In this document: positions 1 through 9,323 of the stretch, piece after piece | Layout: every line of letters starts with the position of its first letter | Numbering within the stretch: the stretch's first letter is position 1 | IMG/VR virus record: IMGVR_UViG_3300037295_000360 | Coordinates: 62,001-126,000 of that record | From: an uncultured virus (IMG/VR IMGVR_UViG_3300037295_000360) | Lineage: Duplodnaviria > Heunggongvirae > Uroviricota > Caudoviricetes | DNA: 64,000 nt | Reading direction: 5' to 3' (one strand) | The notes under the pieces: model-generated | Database searches by the model: none | Told to the model about the DNA's origin: nothing | Seen by the model: the letters and a program-made list of their open reading frames with translations, nothing else | Made by a program: the position numbers and the translations under genes

Positions 1-1152
1 GCATGTGGTTCGATATTAACAAATAAGTATGCTGAAGGATATCCGGGAAGGAGATATTATGGAGGTTGTGAAGTTGTTGATGAAATTGAAAAGCTGGCAA
101 TAGATCGGGCAAAGGAATTGTTTGGCGCAGAATATGCAAATGTTCAACCACATTCAGGTTCGCAGGCAAATACTGCAGTTTTCTTTGCATGTTTAAAACC
201 GGGAGATAAAATACTTGGTTTTGATTTATCACATGGTGGACATTTAACACATGGTTCAGGTGTTAACTTCTCTGGAAGAATTTACACACCTTCATTTTAT
301 GGTGTTGAAGAATCTACAGGTCTTTTATGTTATGATAAAATTCAAGAAATTGCGGAGAAGGAAATGCCAAAAATGATTATAGCAGGTGCGTCTGCGTATT
401 CAAGAGATATGGATTTTAAAAGATTTAGACAAATTGCAGATAGTGTTGGTGCACTTCTACTTGCAGATATTTCACATCCATCTGGTTTAATCGCAACAGG
501 ATTATTAAATGATCCAATTCCTCATTGTCATATTGTAACAACTACTACACATAAAACCCTACGTGGTCCGAGGGGTGGATTGATTATGATGGGTAAAGAT
601 TTTGAGCATCCTTCATATAATGGCGATCTTAAAATGATGTCATACTTATTAAACATGGCAGTTTTTCCAGGAAATCAAGGAGGACCTTTGATGCATATCA
701 TTGCTGCAAAGGCAATCGCATTTGGAGAAGCACTTACCGATAATTATTTACAATATAATATTCAACTACAAAGGAATGCAAAGGCAATCGGCAAAGCATT
801 TATTAAAAGAGGATATCATATCATTTCAGGAGGTACTGATAATCACATGATATTAATTGATTTAAGAAATAAAAACATTTCTGGAAAAAAGGCTGAACGA
901 GCATTAGAACTTGCAGGTATTACTGTAAATAAAAATCTTGTTCCATTTGATGATAAGTCTCCATTTGTAACATCCGGTATTCGAATAGGAACGCCTGCCG
1001 TAACAACACGTGGACTTGTTGAACATGATATGGAATATATTGTTGAATTAATTGATATGGTAATATTAAATCATGACGATGATTTAATGATATCTAAAGT
1101 CAAGGCCCTTGTAAACAATATGATGTTTTCTAGAGAAATATTTGTATTTTAG
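1..1152 (+). CDS. glyA: Serine hydroxymethyltransferase (5' end outside window)
   Basis: Frame is open from base 1 ([24 protein letters not shown]). Motifs NVQPHSG, GGHLTHG and PLP-lysine [20 protein letters not shown] segment as in Bacteroidota GlyA. Confidence 0.97.
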   Translation, partial: ACGSILTNKYAEGYPGRRYYGGCEVVDEIEKLAIDRAKELFGAEYANVQPHSGSQANTAVFFACLKPGDKILGFDLSHGGHLTHGSGVNFSGRIYTPSFYGVEESTGLLCYDKIQEIAEKEMPKMIIAGASAYSRDMDFKRFRQIADSVGALLLADISHPSGLIATGLLNDPIPHCHIVTTTTHKTLRGPRGGLIMMGKDFEHPSYNGDLKMMSYLLNMAVFPGNQGGPLMHIIAAKAIAFGEALTDNYLQYNIQLQRNAKAIGKAFIKRGYHIISGGTDNHMILIDLRNKNISGKKAERALELAGITVNKNLVPFDDKSPFVTSGIRIGTPAVTTRGLVEHDMEYIVELIDMVILNHDDDLMISKVKALVNNMMFSREIFVF

Positions 1153-1175
1153 AATAAAAGAACTATTATTAATTT

Positions 1176-1200
1176 AAACCCACTTTATGTGGGTTTTTTT
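1176..1200 (+). terminator. Intrinsic terminator
   Basis: AAACCCAC-TTTAT-GTGGGTTT followed by a T run, just after glyA. Confidence 0.8.
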
Positions 1201-1263
1201 ATGTGAATAAATAAAGAAACAAAATCACTTTTTCCCATAAAACTAGTATAAAATATACAATAT

Positions 1264-2559
1264 ATGTCAAACAATAAAACAACAACGCCATTTATCGATC
1301 AATTCGGAGAAGACCTAACAAAAATGGCAGCTGAAGGTAAATTAGATCCAATAATCGGGAGGGAAAAAGAAGTATATCGTATATGCCAAATTTTATCCCG
1401 TAGAAAAAAGAATAATCCAATTATATTAGGAGATCCTGGTGTTGGTAAAACTGCGCTGGTCGAAGCAATCGCACAACGCATTGTTGATAAAAAGGTTGCA
1501 ATGACTCTTCTTAATAAAAGAATAGTTTCGTTAAACATTGCAAATATAGTCGCGGGTACTAAATATCGTGGAGAATTTGAAGAACGAATGAAAAACATTG
1601 TTGATGAACTGAAGGAAAATAAAGACGTTATTGTGTTTATTGACGAGATTCATACAATAGTTGGTGCAGGTGGAGTGAGTGGTTCATTAGATGCGAGTAA
1701 CATTTTAAAACCAGCATTAGCAAGAGGCCAAGTACAATGTATAGGATCAACAACACTTGATGAATATAGAGAAAATATAGAAAAGGATGGAGCGCTTACT
1801 CGTAGATTCCAAGAAGTATTTATCGATCCTCCAAGTATTGAAGACACTGTCGAAATATTAAATAGAATCAAAGGTAATTATGAAGAGTATCATGCTGTTG
1901 AATATTCAGCCGAGGCGATCGAAGCGTGTGTTACACTTTCAGATAGATATATTACACAAAGAGAACTACCAGATAAGGCTATTGATATTATGGATGAGGC
2001 TGGCGCAAAGGTTCATTTATCAGAAATAAAATTACCTGAAAATATCAAAGAACTTGAAATTGAAGCCAACCTTATTAAAATAGAAAAGTTTGCTGCTGTA
2101 GAAAGTCAAGATTATGAAAAGGCAAGTAAGTTAAGAGACCTTGAACTTAGCAAAAAAGATGAAATATTAAACACCACTGCTCAGTGGGAAAAATCGTTTC
2201 GATTAAATAAAAAACAGGTAACATATGAGGATATTGCCGAAACAATATCGATGTCAACTGGAATTCCAGTTGCAAGAATGACTAACGATGAAAATCGAAT
2301 TATAGTCGACATGGAAAAGGAACTTAAGTCAATGATCATTGGACAAGACAAGGCGGTTGAAGGTCTTTGTAGGGTTATTAAAAGAAGTCGAACAGGCGTA
2401 AGCTCTCCTAAAAAACCAATCGGATCATTTATGTTTATTGGACCAACCGGTGTTGGTAAATGTTTTACCGGAGAAACTTTAATAACAATTAGAAATAAAG
2501 AAACAGGCGAAATTGAAGAGATTTCGATAAAAGATTTTAAACATAAATTAAAAAAATAG
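1264..2559 (+). CDS. clpC: ClpC-type Hsp100 ATPase, N-terminal part (NBD1, UVR/M-domain, start of NBD2) fused to a 32-aa N-intein
   Basis: GDPGVGKT, FIDEIH, LPDKAID; M-domain AVESQDYEKASKLRD; ends GPTGVGK|CFTGETLITIR...KLKK*. No N-terminal Clp-repeat domain. Confidence 0.93.
   Translation: MSNNKTTTPFIDQFGEDLTKMAAEGKLDPIIGREKEVYRICQILSRRKKNNPIILGDPGVGKTALVEAIAQRIVDKKVAMTLLNKRIVSLNIANIVAGTKYRGEFEERMKNIVDELKENKDVIVFIDEIHTIVGAGGVSGSLDASNILKPALARGQVQCIGSTTLDEYRENIEKDGALTRRFQEVFIDPPSIEDTVEILNRIKGNYEEYHAVEYSAEAIEACVTLSDRYITQRELPDKAIDIMDEAGAKVHLSEIKLPENIKELEIEANLIKIEKFAAVESQDYEKASKLRDLELSKKDEILNTTAQWEKSFRLNKKQVTYEDIAETISMSTGIPVARMTNDENRIIVDMEKELKSMIIGQDKAVEGLCRVIKRSRTGVSSPKKPIGSFMFIGPTGVGKCFTGETLITIRNKETGEIEEISIKDFKHKLKK
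2461..2556 (+). mobile_element. Split intein N-fragment (IntN, 32 aa)
   Basis: Cys directly follows the Walker A Lys. CFTGETLITIRNKETGEIEEISIKDF matches intein block A, then a stop at 2557-2559. Confidence 0.93.
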
Positions 2560-2591
2560 TCCGATGCCAGTCATTCTGATGGATATAATAT

Positions 2592-3801
2592 ATGAGAATA
2601 TTAAAAAGGATTTTAACAAAAAATGGATATGAGAAAGAAGTATTTGACATAGAAACAATTAGTGACTTTCTTTTTTATTACAATAGCATAATCAATAGCA
2701 CTGATAAATTTATAAAAATGCCAGAGCATGTTAATGAATTCATATTAGATAAAATAAATAATAATAAGGACGTAACTTATAAATCAACAAATCGTATTGT
2801 AAGTAAAATGATTAATAGTCCGAAATTTAAAACAAAAATCGAATATTGGACAATTAGGGGGTTATTCCATAGAAGAGGCTAAGATAAAAGTTTCTAAATT
2901 ACAAACAATTAATGCGAATTTATTTGCAAAGAAACGCCTGGAAAATCCAGAAGAGTATATTGGAATAATACCAAACCAATCAGAGTATTGGACTAAACTA
3001 GGTTTTTCGGAAACAGAGGCTAAGCTAAAAGTCAAAGAAAGACAAACGACATTTACTTTAGATAAATGTATTAAAAAACTAGGAGTAGACGAAGGTACTA
3101 AAAGATTTAATGATAGGCAAATTTAATGGCAAGCATTAAGAATAAAATCAGAAGGTAAAGATTGGTCATATACTGATCAATCTTTATCATTTGAAAAATA
3201 TATTAAAAGATATGGCGATGACTGGCTAATTTATAAAATTGACCATATTAAAAAAAATAAAAGATCAGAAAACATTCTAAGAATAAATGTATATTCTAAA
3301 ATAAACCAAATATGTTATGTTGAAAAACAAAATTTATTAGATTACTTATTAGAATTAAACTTTGACGAATTGTGTGAAATTATAAATAATGCAAATTCAG
3401 TAATAGAATTTATTTTAAAACTTAACCATGTTGAAATAAAATCAAAATAGTGTGCACATAATAATATTAAAAAAATAGTTACTAAAAAATGGGGTACTCG
3501 ATACTATTCAAATGGTAATTATTATCAAAGTACGGGTGAATTTGAAATTGGTTCATTTTTAGAAAAAAATAATATTGAATTTGAAATACATAAAAGATAT
3601 GAGGGTACGTATAGATTTAGTGATTTTTATATACCTTTTTTAGATTTATATGTAGAATTTATGGGAATGAAGGATGATGCATATATTGATAAAAAAAAAC
3701 AACTTAACAAAACACTATATAATATTATATGGTTTAACTCACCAGACAAAATTAAAAAACATATAAATGAAAAAATTTACGAATACAATAGATGTCAGTA
3801 A
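2592..3801 (+). pseudogene. Decayed free-standing homing endonuclease (Vsr/DUF559-like PD-(D/E)xK nuclease with N-terminal repeats)
   Basis: One extra G in the G5 run at 2857-2861, in-frame TAA at 3124-3126 and TAG at 3448-3450. The repaired frame (~402 aa) has EYW..G(Y/F)S..EAK.KV...Q twice and C-terminal QSTGEFEI...SDFYIPFLDLYVEFMG. Confidence 0.85.
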
Positions 3802-4108
3802 TTATGAAGTTCTTACTGATACGGGATTTGAAGATATTAAGAAGTTACATACAACAATCAAGTATGAGGTCTATGTTTTAAAAACAACCAATAAAACAAT
3901 AAGATGTGCTGATAATCACCTAGTATTTGATGAAAATTATAATCCAATATTTGTAAAAGATTTAAATCCAGGTGATAAAATAGTAACGACAGATTGTTTA
4001 GAAGAGGTTATGTATATTGAAAAGACAAATGAATTTGAAGAAATGTTTGATCTTGAATTACATGAAGGTAATAGAAGATACTTCACAAACGGAATACTAT
4101 CACATAAC
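3767..4108 (+). mobile_element. Split intein C-fragment (IntC, 114 aa)
   Basis: EVLTDTGF, block B IRCADNH, VKDLNPGDKI, block F MFDLEL, block G YFTNGILSHN, then Thr+1 at 4109. Confidence 0.93.
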
Positions 4109-4879
4109 ACCGAAACTGTAAAAGCCTTAGCGGAATATTACTTTGGAAATGAAAATGCGCTCATAAGAATTGATATGTCAGAATATCAAGAAAAGTTCAA
4201 TGTGAGCCGACTTATTGGAGCTCCTCCTGGATATATTGGACATGAACAAGGTGGTCAACTAACCGAACAAGTTAGACGTAAGCCATATTCGGTAATATTA
4301 TTTGATGAAATAGAAAAAGCACATCCAGATATTTTTAATACACTATTGCAAGTTCTTGATGATGGTAGATTAACTGACACTCTTGGTAGAACAATAGATT
4401 TTACTAACACTATTATCATTATGACAAGTAACGTTGGTGCAAAACGAGTTGCAGAATTTGGTGGAGGAATTGGATTCAGCAGCTCAAATACTTCTCTTAA
4501 ACTAGAAATGGAAACAGTTATTAGAAAAGAACTTAAAAATAAGTTTGCTCCTGAGTTCTTAAACAGACTTGATGAAATAGTTTTATTTGATGCACTTGCG
4601 ATTGAAAGCGTTATTAAAATTGCAGATATTGAAGTTGCAAATGTTGTTAAAAGAATGGAAAATCAAGGATATACTATAAAAATATCTAAAACTGCAATGC
4701 AACATATTGCAGAAAATGGATATGACTCACAATATGGAGCAAGGCCACTAAAGAGAGCAATACAAACGTATATTGAAGATCTATTAGCTGATTCAATTAT
4801 TGCCGGAACTATGGTTAAAGGAAATAAAGTATATAATATTTCTCACAAAAAAGGTGATGGTAAACTTTTTATCAAATAA
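3767..4879 (+). CDS. clpC: 114-aa C-intein fused to the C-terminal part of ClpC (rest of NBD2)
   Basis: ...YFTNGILSHN|TETVKALA; RIDMSEY, RLIGAPPGYIG, ILFDEIEKAH, ClpP-docking GIGF loop, GARPLKRAI. Confidence 0.93.
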   Translation: MKKFTNTIDVSNYEVLTDTGFEDIKKLHTTIKYEVYVLKTTNKTIRCADNHLVFDENYNPIFVKDLNPGDKIVTTDCLEEVMYIEKTNEFEEMFDLELHEGNRRYFTNGILSHNTETVKALAEYYFGNENALIRIDMSEYQEKFNVSRLIGAPPGYIGHEQGGQLTEQVRRKPYSVILFDEIEKAHPDIFNTLLQVLDDGRLTDTLGRTIDFTNTIIIMTSNVGAKRVAEFGGGIGFSSSNTSLKLEMETVIRKELKNKFAPEFLNRLDEIVLFDALAIESVIKIADIEVANVVKRMENQGYTIKISKTAMQHIAENGYDSQYGARPLKRAIQTYIEDLLADSIIAGTMVKGNKVYNISHKKGDGKLFIK

Positions 4880-4906
4880 TGATATAATAATAAAATAATA
4901 TAATAC

Positions 4907-5761
4907 ATGCAAAATTTTTCAAAAGTATTTCAAAATATAATTTCAGATATTAAATTAGATGGAAAGGTCTCTACACCAAGAGACTTAGAGGTTGTAGAAC
5001 TAATGTATGGTGGATATAAAGTAAATCCAATTGAGCCAATTGCGAATTTCAATGACAGAGAATTTAACTTTAAATATTTTGCAGGAGAACTTGTATGGTA
5101 TTTAAACAAAGAAACTGATGTCAATTACATTAATCAATTTTCTGGATTCTGGAAAAACATAACAAATCCAGGAACAAACGAAATCAATTCAAATTACGGT
5201 TCTCTTTTATTTGGAGAACAATTACAATGGGTATTAAATACACTTAAATCCGATAAAAATTCAAGACAGGCAATTGCTTTCTTAAATCAACCTAAATATC
5301 AAGTAAAAGGTAATAAAGATTTTGTGTGCACAATGTATCTTAATTTTTCGATTAGAGATAACATGTTGGATATGAAAGTACAAATGAGATCTAATGATAT
5401 TTTTTATGGTCTTACATTTGATGCCCCTTTCTTTGCATTAGTACAACAACATGTTCATATGTGGCTTAAGTCAACATATCCTGAATTAGAATTAGGAATA
5501 TATCATCACTACTCCGATAATATTCATTTTTATCAAAGACATTATGAATTGGCTGAAAAAATAGTAATGGATCATCCGCATGTTAATCAATATAATATGA
5601 ATTTAATTACTCCTCTGTTTAATATTGAAAATGGTAATATAATAATAACTGATCATGGTATTAAAATGATAAATAACATAAATGAAGCGGTTAATAATAA
5701 CAAAGATAAACATGAATATTATAAAATATTATGTGAATATCTTAATATAAATAAAGTATGA
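4907..5761 (+). CDS. Thymidylate-synthase-fold pyrimidine (probably dCMP) hydroxymethylase/methylase, T4 gp42-like
   Basis: NSNYG, DKNSRQA, catalytic KDFVCT, MRSNDIFYGLTFD (Asp where canonical ThyA has Asn), HFYQRH. Confidence 0.75.
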   Translation: MQNFSKVFQNIISDIKLDGKVSTPRDLEVVELMYGGYKVNPIEPIANFNDREFNFKYFAGELVWYLNKETDVNYINQFSGFWKNITNPGTNEINSNYGSLLFGEQLQWVLNTLKSDKNSRQAIAFLNQPKYQVKGNKDFVCTMYLNFSIRDNMLDMKVQMRSNDIFYGLTFDAPFFALVQQHVHMWLKSTYPELELGIYHHYSDNIHFYQRHYELAEKIVMDHPHVNQYNMNLITPLFNIENGNIIITDHGIKMINNINEAVNNNKDKHEYYKILCEYLNINKV

Positions 5762-6054
5762 TAGATAGCATGTATAAAATTCCAAATTTTAGCATAGATA
5801 TAGATGACGTAATGCTAATAGCAGATACTTCAGAATTCCATGATAACATTATAGACTTTATTGAAAAAAATATAAGTGGAGAAATTAATGAAATTGTGTT
5901 ATGCCATTTTATTGCAAAGGATGGAACTGTAATGGTTGCAAAACTCCCAAGGAGTGCATATGCCCAGGCGGTTATAAGAAGTATTGATTTCTATGTGGAA
6001 GAAGAACAGTATGAAAAATGTAATAATGTAAAACAACTTTTAGAAAAATTATAA
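5758..6054 (+). CDS. Small protein with C-terminal UVR (UvrB/UvrC)-like motif
   Basis: IDFYVEEEQYEKCNNVKQLL; immediately upstream of clpP. Confidence 0.7.
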   Translation: MIDSMYKIPNFSIDIDDVMLIADTSEFHDNIIDFIEKNISGEINEIVLCHFIAKDGTVMVAKLPRSAYAQAVIRSIDFYVEEEQYEKCNNVKQLLEKL

Positions 6055-6726
6055 ATGAACTACGAAAAGGAATTTAACAAGTATGCGATGAGCGATCACA
6101 ATGTAAGCTCATCGACTATGGAATATTATAAGAAACAAATCCAAGGATCAATGACTCCATATATTTTAGAGGAGAGAGAATTGAGAGCGACACAGATGGA
6201 TATTTTTTCAAGACTTATGATGGACCGCGTTCTATGGGTTGCCGGAACTGTGAATGATAATATGTCAACAATAGTACAGGCGCAATTAATGTTTCTGGAT
6301 TCTGTCGATAAAAGAGATATAACAATGCATATTGATTCTGGAGGAGGTTCTGTAAAATCAGGTCTTTCTATGGTTGACGTAATGGAATATATCAACTCAG
6401 ATATAAAAACAGTTAACACAGGAATGGCAGCGTCGATGGGTTCTGTATTATTAGGAGCTGGAACTAAAGGTAAGAGAAGTTCTCTAAGACACTCTACCAC
6501 TATGTTACATCAATCTTCTGGAGGATTTAGTGGAAACATTCAAGACGCAGAAATTGATTGGGCTGAATGGAAAAAAGTTAACAAAGAATTATTTAATTTG
6601 TTAGGACAATATTGTGGTAAAAAACCAGAACAAGTAATGAATGATGCGACTCGGGATTTATGGTTAAACGCCGAAGAGGCATTAAAATATGGAATTATAG
6701 ATGAAATCATTACTGCCAAGAGATAA
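6055..6726 (+). CDS. clpP: ATP-dependent Clp protease proteolytic subunit
   Basis: DIFSRL, SGGGSV, AASMG (Ser), MLHQ (His), RDLWL (Asp); Bacteroidota-type N-terminus (EFNKYA...MTPYILEER). Confidence 0.97.
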   Translation: MNYEKEFNKYAMSDHNVSSSTMEYYKKQIQGSMTPYILEERELRATQMDIFSRLMMDRVLWVAGTVNDNMSTIVQAQLMFLDSVDKRDITMHIDSGGGSVKSGLSMVDVMEYINSDIKTVNTGMAASMGSVLLGAGTKGKRSSLRHSTTMLHQSSGGFSGNIQDAEIDWAEWKKVNKELFNLLGQYCGKKPEQVMNDATRDLWLNAEEALKYGIIDEIITAKR

Positions 6727-6727
6727 T

Positions 6728-6928
6728 ATGAGAGTACACTTTTACATAATACAAAGCGACATTTATGTCTTAAATAAATTATTGGAGAAGGAACGAATAG
6801 AGCCAGGAGGTGAACCTATTAAAATAGCTGCAAATTACTTCAAAGGATCATATATGGTAGACATATCACATGACGAATATGTTAGACTAAATGACAATGA
6901 ACTATTAATATCTTTACTTTCATTATGA
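6728..6928 (+). CDS. Hypothetical protein
   Basis: ORF; start moved to the ATG at 6728, just after the clpP stop. Confidence 0.6.
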   Translation: MRVHFYIIQSDIYVLNKLLEKERIEPGGEPIKIAANYFKGSYMVDISHDEYVRLNDNELLISLLSL

Positions 6929-7239
6929 CACAAAGAGAAAAACACAGAAATCTACTCGTTGAATTAAAAAACTATCAATTAATCGATCATAACGTAAAGT
7001 TTGAAGATGTTAGTGAAAATCCAATATGGTATATGGAATACACAACAACACCCGAAAAGCAAAACGTTTTTATTAATCATTGCGTTCTTCGAATGAAAGA
7101 TGTTCTTAAAATTTCTAAAGAAGAAGCTGAGATTGAGGCAAGTTGGTTTATATTACAATGTGGACTTCCTGTTGTAACTGGAGATAAAATGGATATCCAT
7201 AAAGGTAAAAACACAACAGAATCTAGAAGAATATTATAA
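6925..7239 (+). CDS. Hypothetical protein
   Basis: 104-aa ORF with ATGA overlap. Confidence 0.7.
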   Translation: MTQREKHRNLLVELKNYQLIDHNVKFEDVSENPIWYMEYTTTPEKQNVFINHCVLRMKDVLKISKEEAEIEASWFILQCGLPVVTGDKMDIHKGKNTTESRRIL

Positions 7240-7289
7240 TATAATAAGTTTTTGTTAAATATTAGCATGTCTATGGAGATACATAGTAT

Positions 7290-7988
7290 ATGAACATCTT
7301 TAATAAAAATTGGTTAACAGAAACTCCTTACGATTACGAATTAAAACAATATAGGCTATTATCTGGAATAAAGGAAATCAAATCCCTTATATTAGATAAT
7401 AGCCTTTATTCTGCGATGTCGACAGTTGAAACAGAATTAGAAATTCTTTATAATATAAAATACAACAGGGATATAATAGATAATAATTCTAGAAAGATCA
7501 TCGGAATCGACACTGACACATTATCTTTAAAATATAAATATGAGTCCGAAACTGAGCACGAAATCATTTATAAAGTATGTGATATGGCAATTGAGCTATT
7601 AGAAGATATGTATAGATTAGTTAGAGACAAATGGAGAAATCTAGAAAAAAATTGCATAATTACTGAAATACCAAACAAAAGAACATTAAATACAACAGGC
7701 TATATAATGTATATTGATGCTAAACTTGAAAATATTGAAGTATATTCTTATAAGGAACCTTTGAGTTTTAAAATAGATTGGATTAATTTTAAAGTAAATA
7801 AGCAATTCGTAATTAAAAATAACTTACAAAGTATTGCTCAATTTATTTCAGAGAAAGAATTAGAAAGTAATAAATTTAGATTTTTTAGATTTGACGTAAA
7901 AATCAAAGGTGAAATGCCTGCACATGATGAATGTATGATTCCACTTATGCAATATTGCATATTTAACAGAATCAAACATGGTATTTAA
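7290..7988 (+). CDS. Hypothetical protein
   Basis: 232-aa ORF in gene order; no motif confidently recognised. Confidence 0.75.
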   Translation: MNIFNKNWLTETPYDYELKQYRLLSGIKEIKSLILDNSLYSAMSTVETELEILYNIKYNRDIIDNNSRKIIGIDTDTLSLKYKYESETEHEIIYKVCDMAIELLEDMYRLVRDKWRNLEKNCIITEIPNKRTLNTTGYIMYIDAKLENIEVYSYKEPLSFKIDWINFKVNKQFVIKNNLQSIAQFISEKELESNKFRFFRFDVKIKGEMPAHDECMIPLMQYCIFNRIKHGI

Positions 7989-8030
7989 GATATATACACA
8001 ATCATATCTTATTAAAAATAAATTTTAAAA

Positions 8031-9254
8031 ATGGCTTACGTAATTCAAGAAGATATCCTGGCGAGCATCGAAGAAACATTAAATGTGGTTCAAGGAAATT
8101 CTCAAACATATAGCATACAATTAGATAGGGACTTTCTTGGAAATCCAGTGTCACTGCAATATGTAACATCAATTTCGGTGGAAATATTAAATGAAACGGG
8201 TGATTTACAGCTTGTATTTGGAAATCCGGTAATTCCTGGAGTTTCACAACAATTAAATGTCGGAAGCGTAAACACAAATAATGCAGGAAATATTTCGTTT
8301 GAAATAATAGATAACATTTCAAGATACTTAGATCCTGGTGATTTATTTGCAAGGATTAGAATAGTTTATAGTAATTATTTTCCATCAGCAAAGACTTACA
8401 CCATGCCATTATTTAAAATAGGGCGCATTATTGCTGGAGAATTAGTAGACGACCCTGATGTTATAATTCCTACACCTGTTCAGGTTATTTCTAGAAAACC
8501 ATTCGGGTCTTCCGAATACATGATACAGTACATAGATTCAGATATACCTTCTAGATATGGATATATGTCAGTTAATTCACAAGATCCTTCTGCAATAAGC
8601 ATAATGACATTTAGAAATTTAGATTTAAATTTAATTAGACCTGCGTCACTTGAAAATTTTGTTGTTAACCGAATGGGAGTTGATAATATTACCGGAATTA
8701 TTACATTATTCAGTATAGACAATCCATCATTTTATGCAATATATAAAATTTTAACATCTGAAAGAATTGATGTTATTCCTGGAAATGGTGTTGACGCTGA
8801 CAGTGATGGAATTCGTTTAAAGGTTGTTCTTGAAGATTTTTCAAGAGGACCAGGTGTTAATAAATCAATATGGCAAGTAGGTGATAATGTAGCATTCAGT
8901 ATAGATGCACATGGTATTACAGTTAAACCAGAAGGAGTATTAACATATACTGACAAGAACAAAAGAGTTGCGTTTGCGACTAATGGTGCAGGTTCTCCTA
9001 CAGGAATATACATTACATATTCTCCATACAAACAATCCTATGTTATGGTAGAAGTGAATGGTATTAGTGTTGATGTAGGCGATGGAGCTAAAAATAAGAC
9101 AGTTTACTTTTCAGGAAACAATGGTGAAACTTCAATGTTAATTGGAGAAATACGAAGAGAAGATCAATTAATATGGAATGGCAATATCGCAGGATTCGAA
9201 TTAGAAGTAGGTGATGAAATAAACTTAATATATGAGATAGACTATTTAGGATAA
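8031..9254 (+). CDS. Putative virion structural protein (beta-rich)
   Basis: C-terminal VEVNG...GFELEVGDEINLIY module resembles the C-terminus of the next gene; preceded by GATATATA. Confidence 0.55.
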   Translation: MAYVIQEDILASIEETLNVVQGNSQTYSIQLDRDFLGNPVSLQYVTSISVEILNETGDLQLVFGNPVIPGVSQQLNVGSVNTNNAGNISFEIIDNISRYLDPGDLFARIRIVYSNYFPSAKTYTMPLFKIGRIIAGELVDDPDVIIPTPVQVISRKPFGSSEYMIQYIDSDIPSRYGYMSVNSQDPSAISIMTFRNLDLNLIRPASLENFVVNRMGVDNITGIITLFSIDNPSFYAIYKILTSERIDVIPGNGVDADSDGIRLKVVLEDFSRGPGVNKSIWQVGDNVAFSIDAHGITVKPEGVLTYTDKNKRVAFATNGAGSPTGIYITYSPYKQSYVMVEVNGISVDVGDGAKNKTVYFSGNNGETSMLIGEIRREDQLIWNGNIAGFELEVGDEINLIYEIDYLG

Positions 9255-9323
9255 TACTACACATTTATTAAATATATATAATAATAAACACGAATAACGT
9301 GAATTAAAAATAAAAAGAAGAAA

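Noticed and set aside
2557..3766. Group I/II intron rejoining the clpC halves at RNA level
   Set aside because: Only 32 non-coding nt lie outside the endonuclease frame and no ribozyme core is recognisable. IntC has its own ATG, and the break matches a known split-intein position. RT-PCR would exclude it formally.
2592..3801. Stop-codon reassignment explaining the internal TAG/TAA
   Set aside because: The lesions are of three different kinds (frameshift, TAA, TAG). Other long genes are intact in code 11, and TAG and TGA are used as real stops (e.g. 1152, 17770, 5761).
4907..5761. Canonical thymidylate synthase thyA
   Set aside because: Lacks the PCH and GxPFN motifs; has gp42-like DFVCT and RSND...D instead.
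1..7239. Bacterial chromosome flank (prophage boundary) suggested by glyA, clpC and clpP
   Set aside because: These genes are interspersed with phage-type genes, share strand and composition with the structural block, and no integrase or att site is evident.
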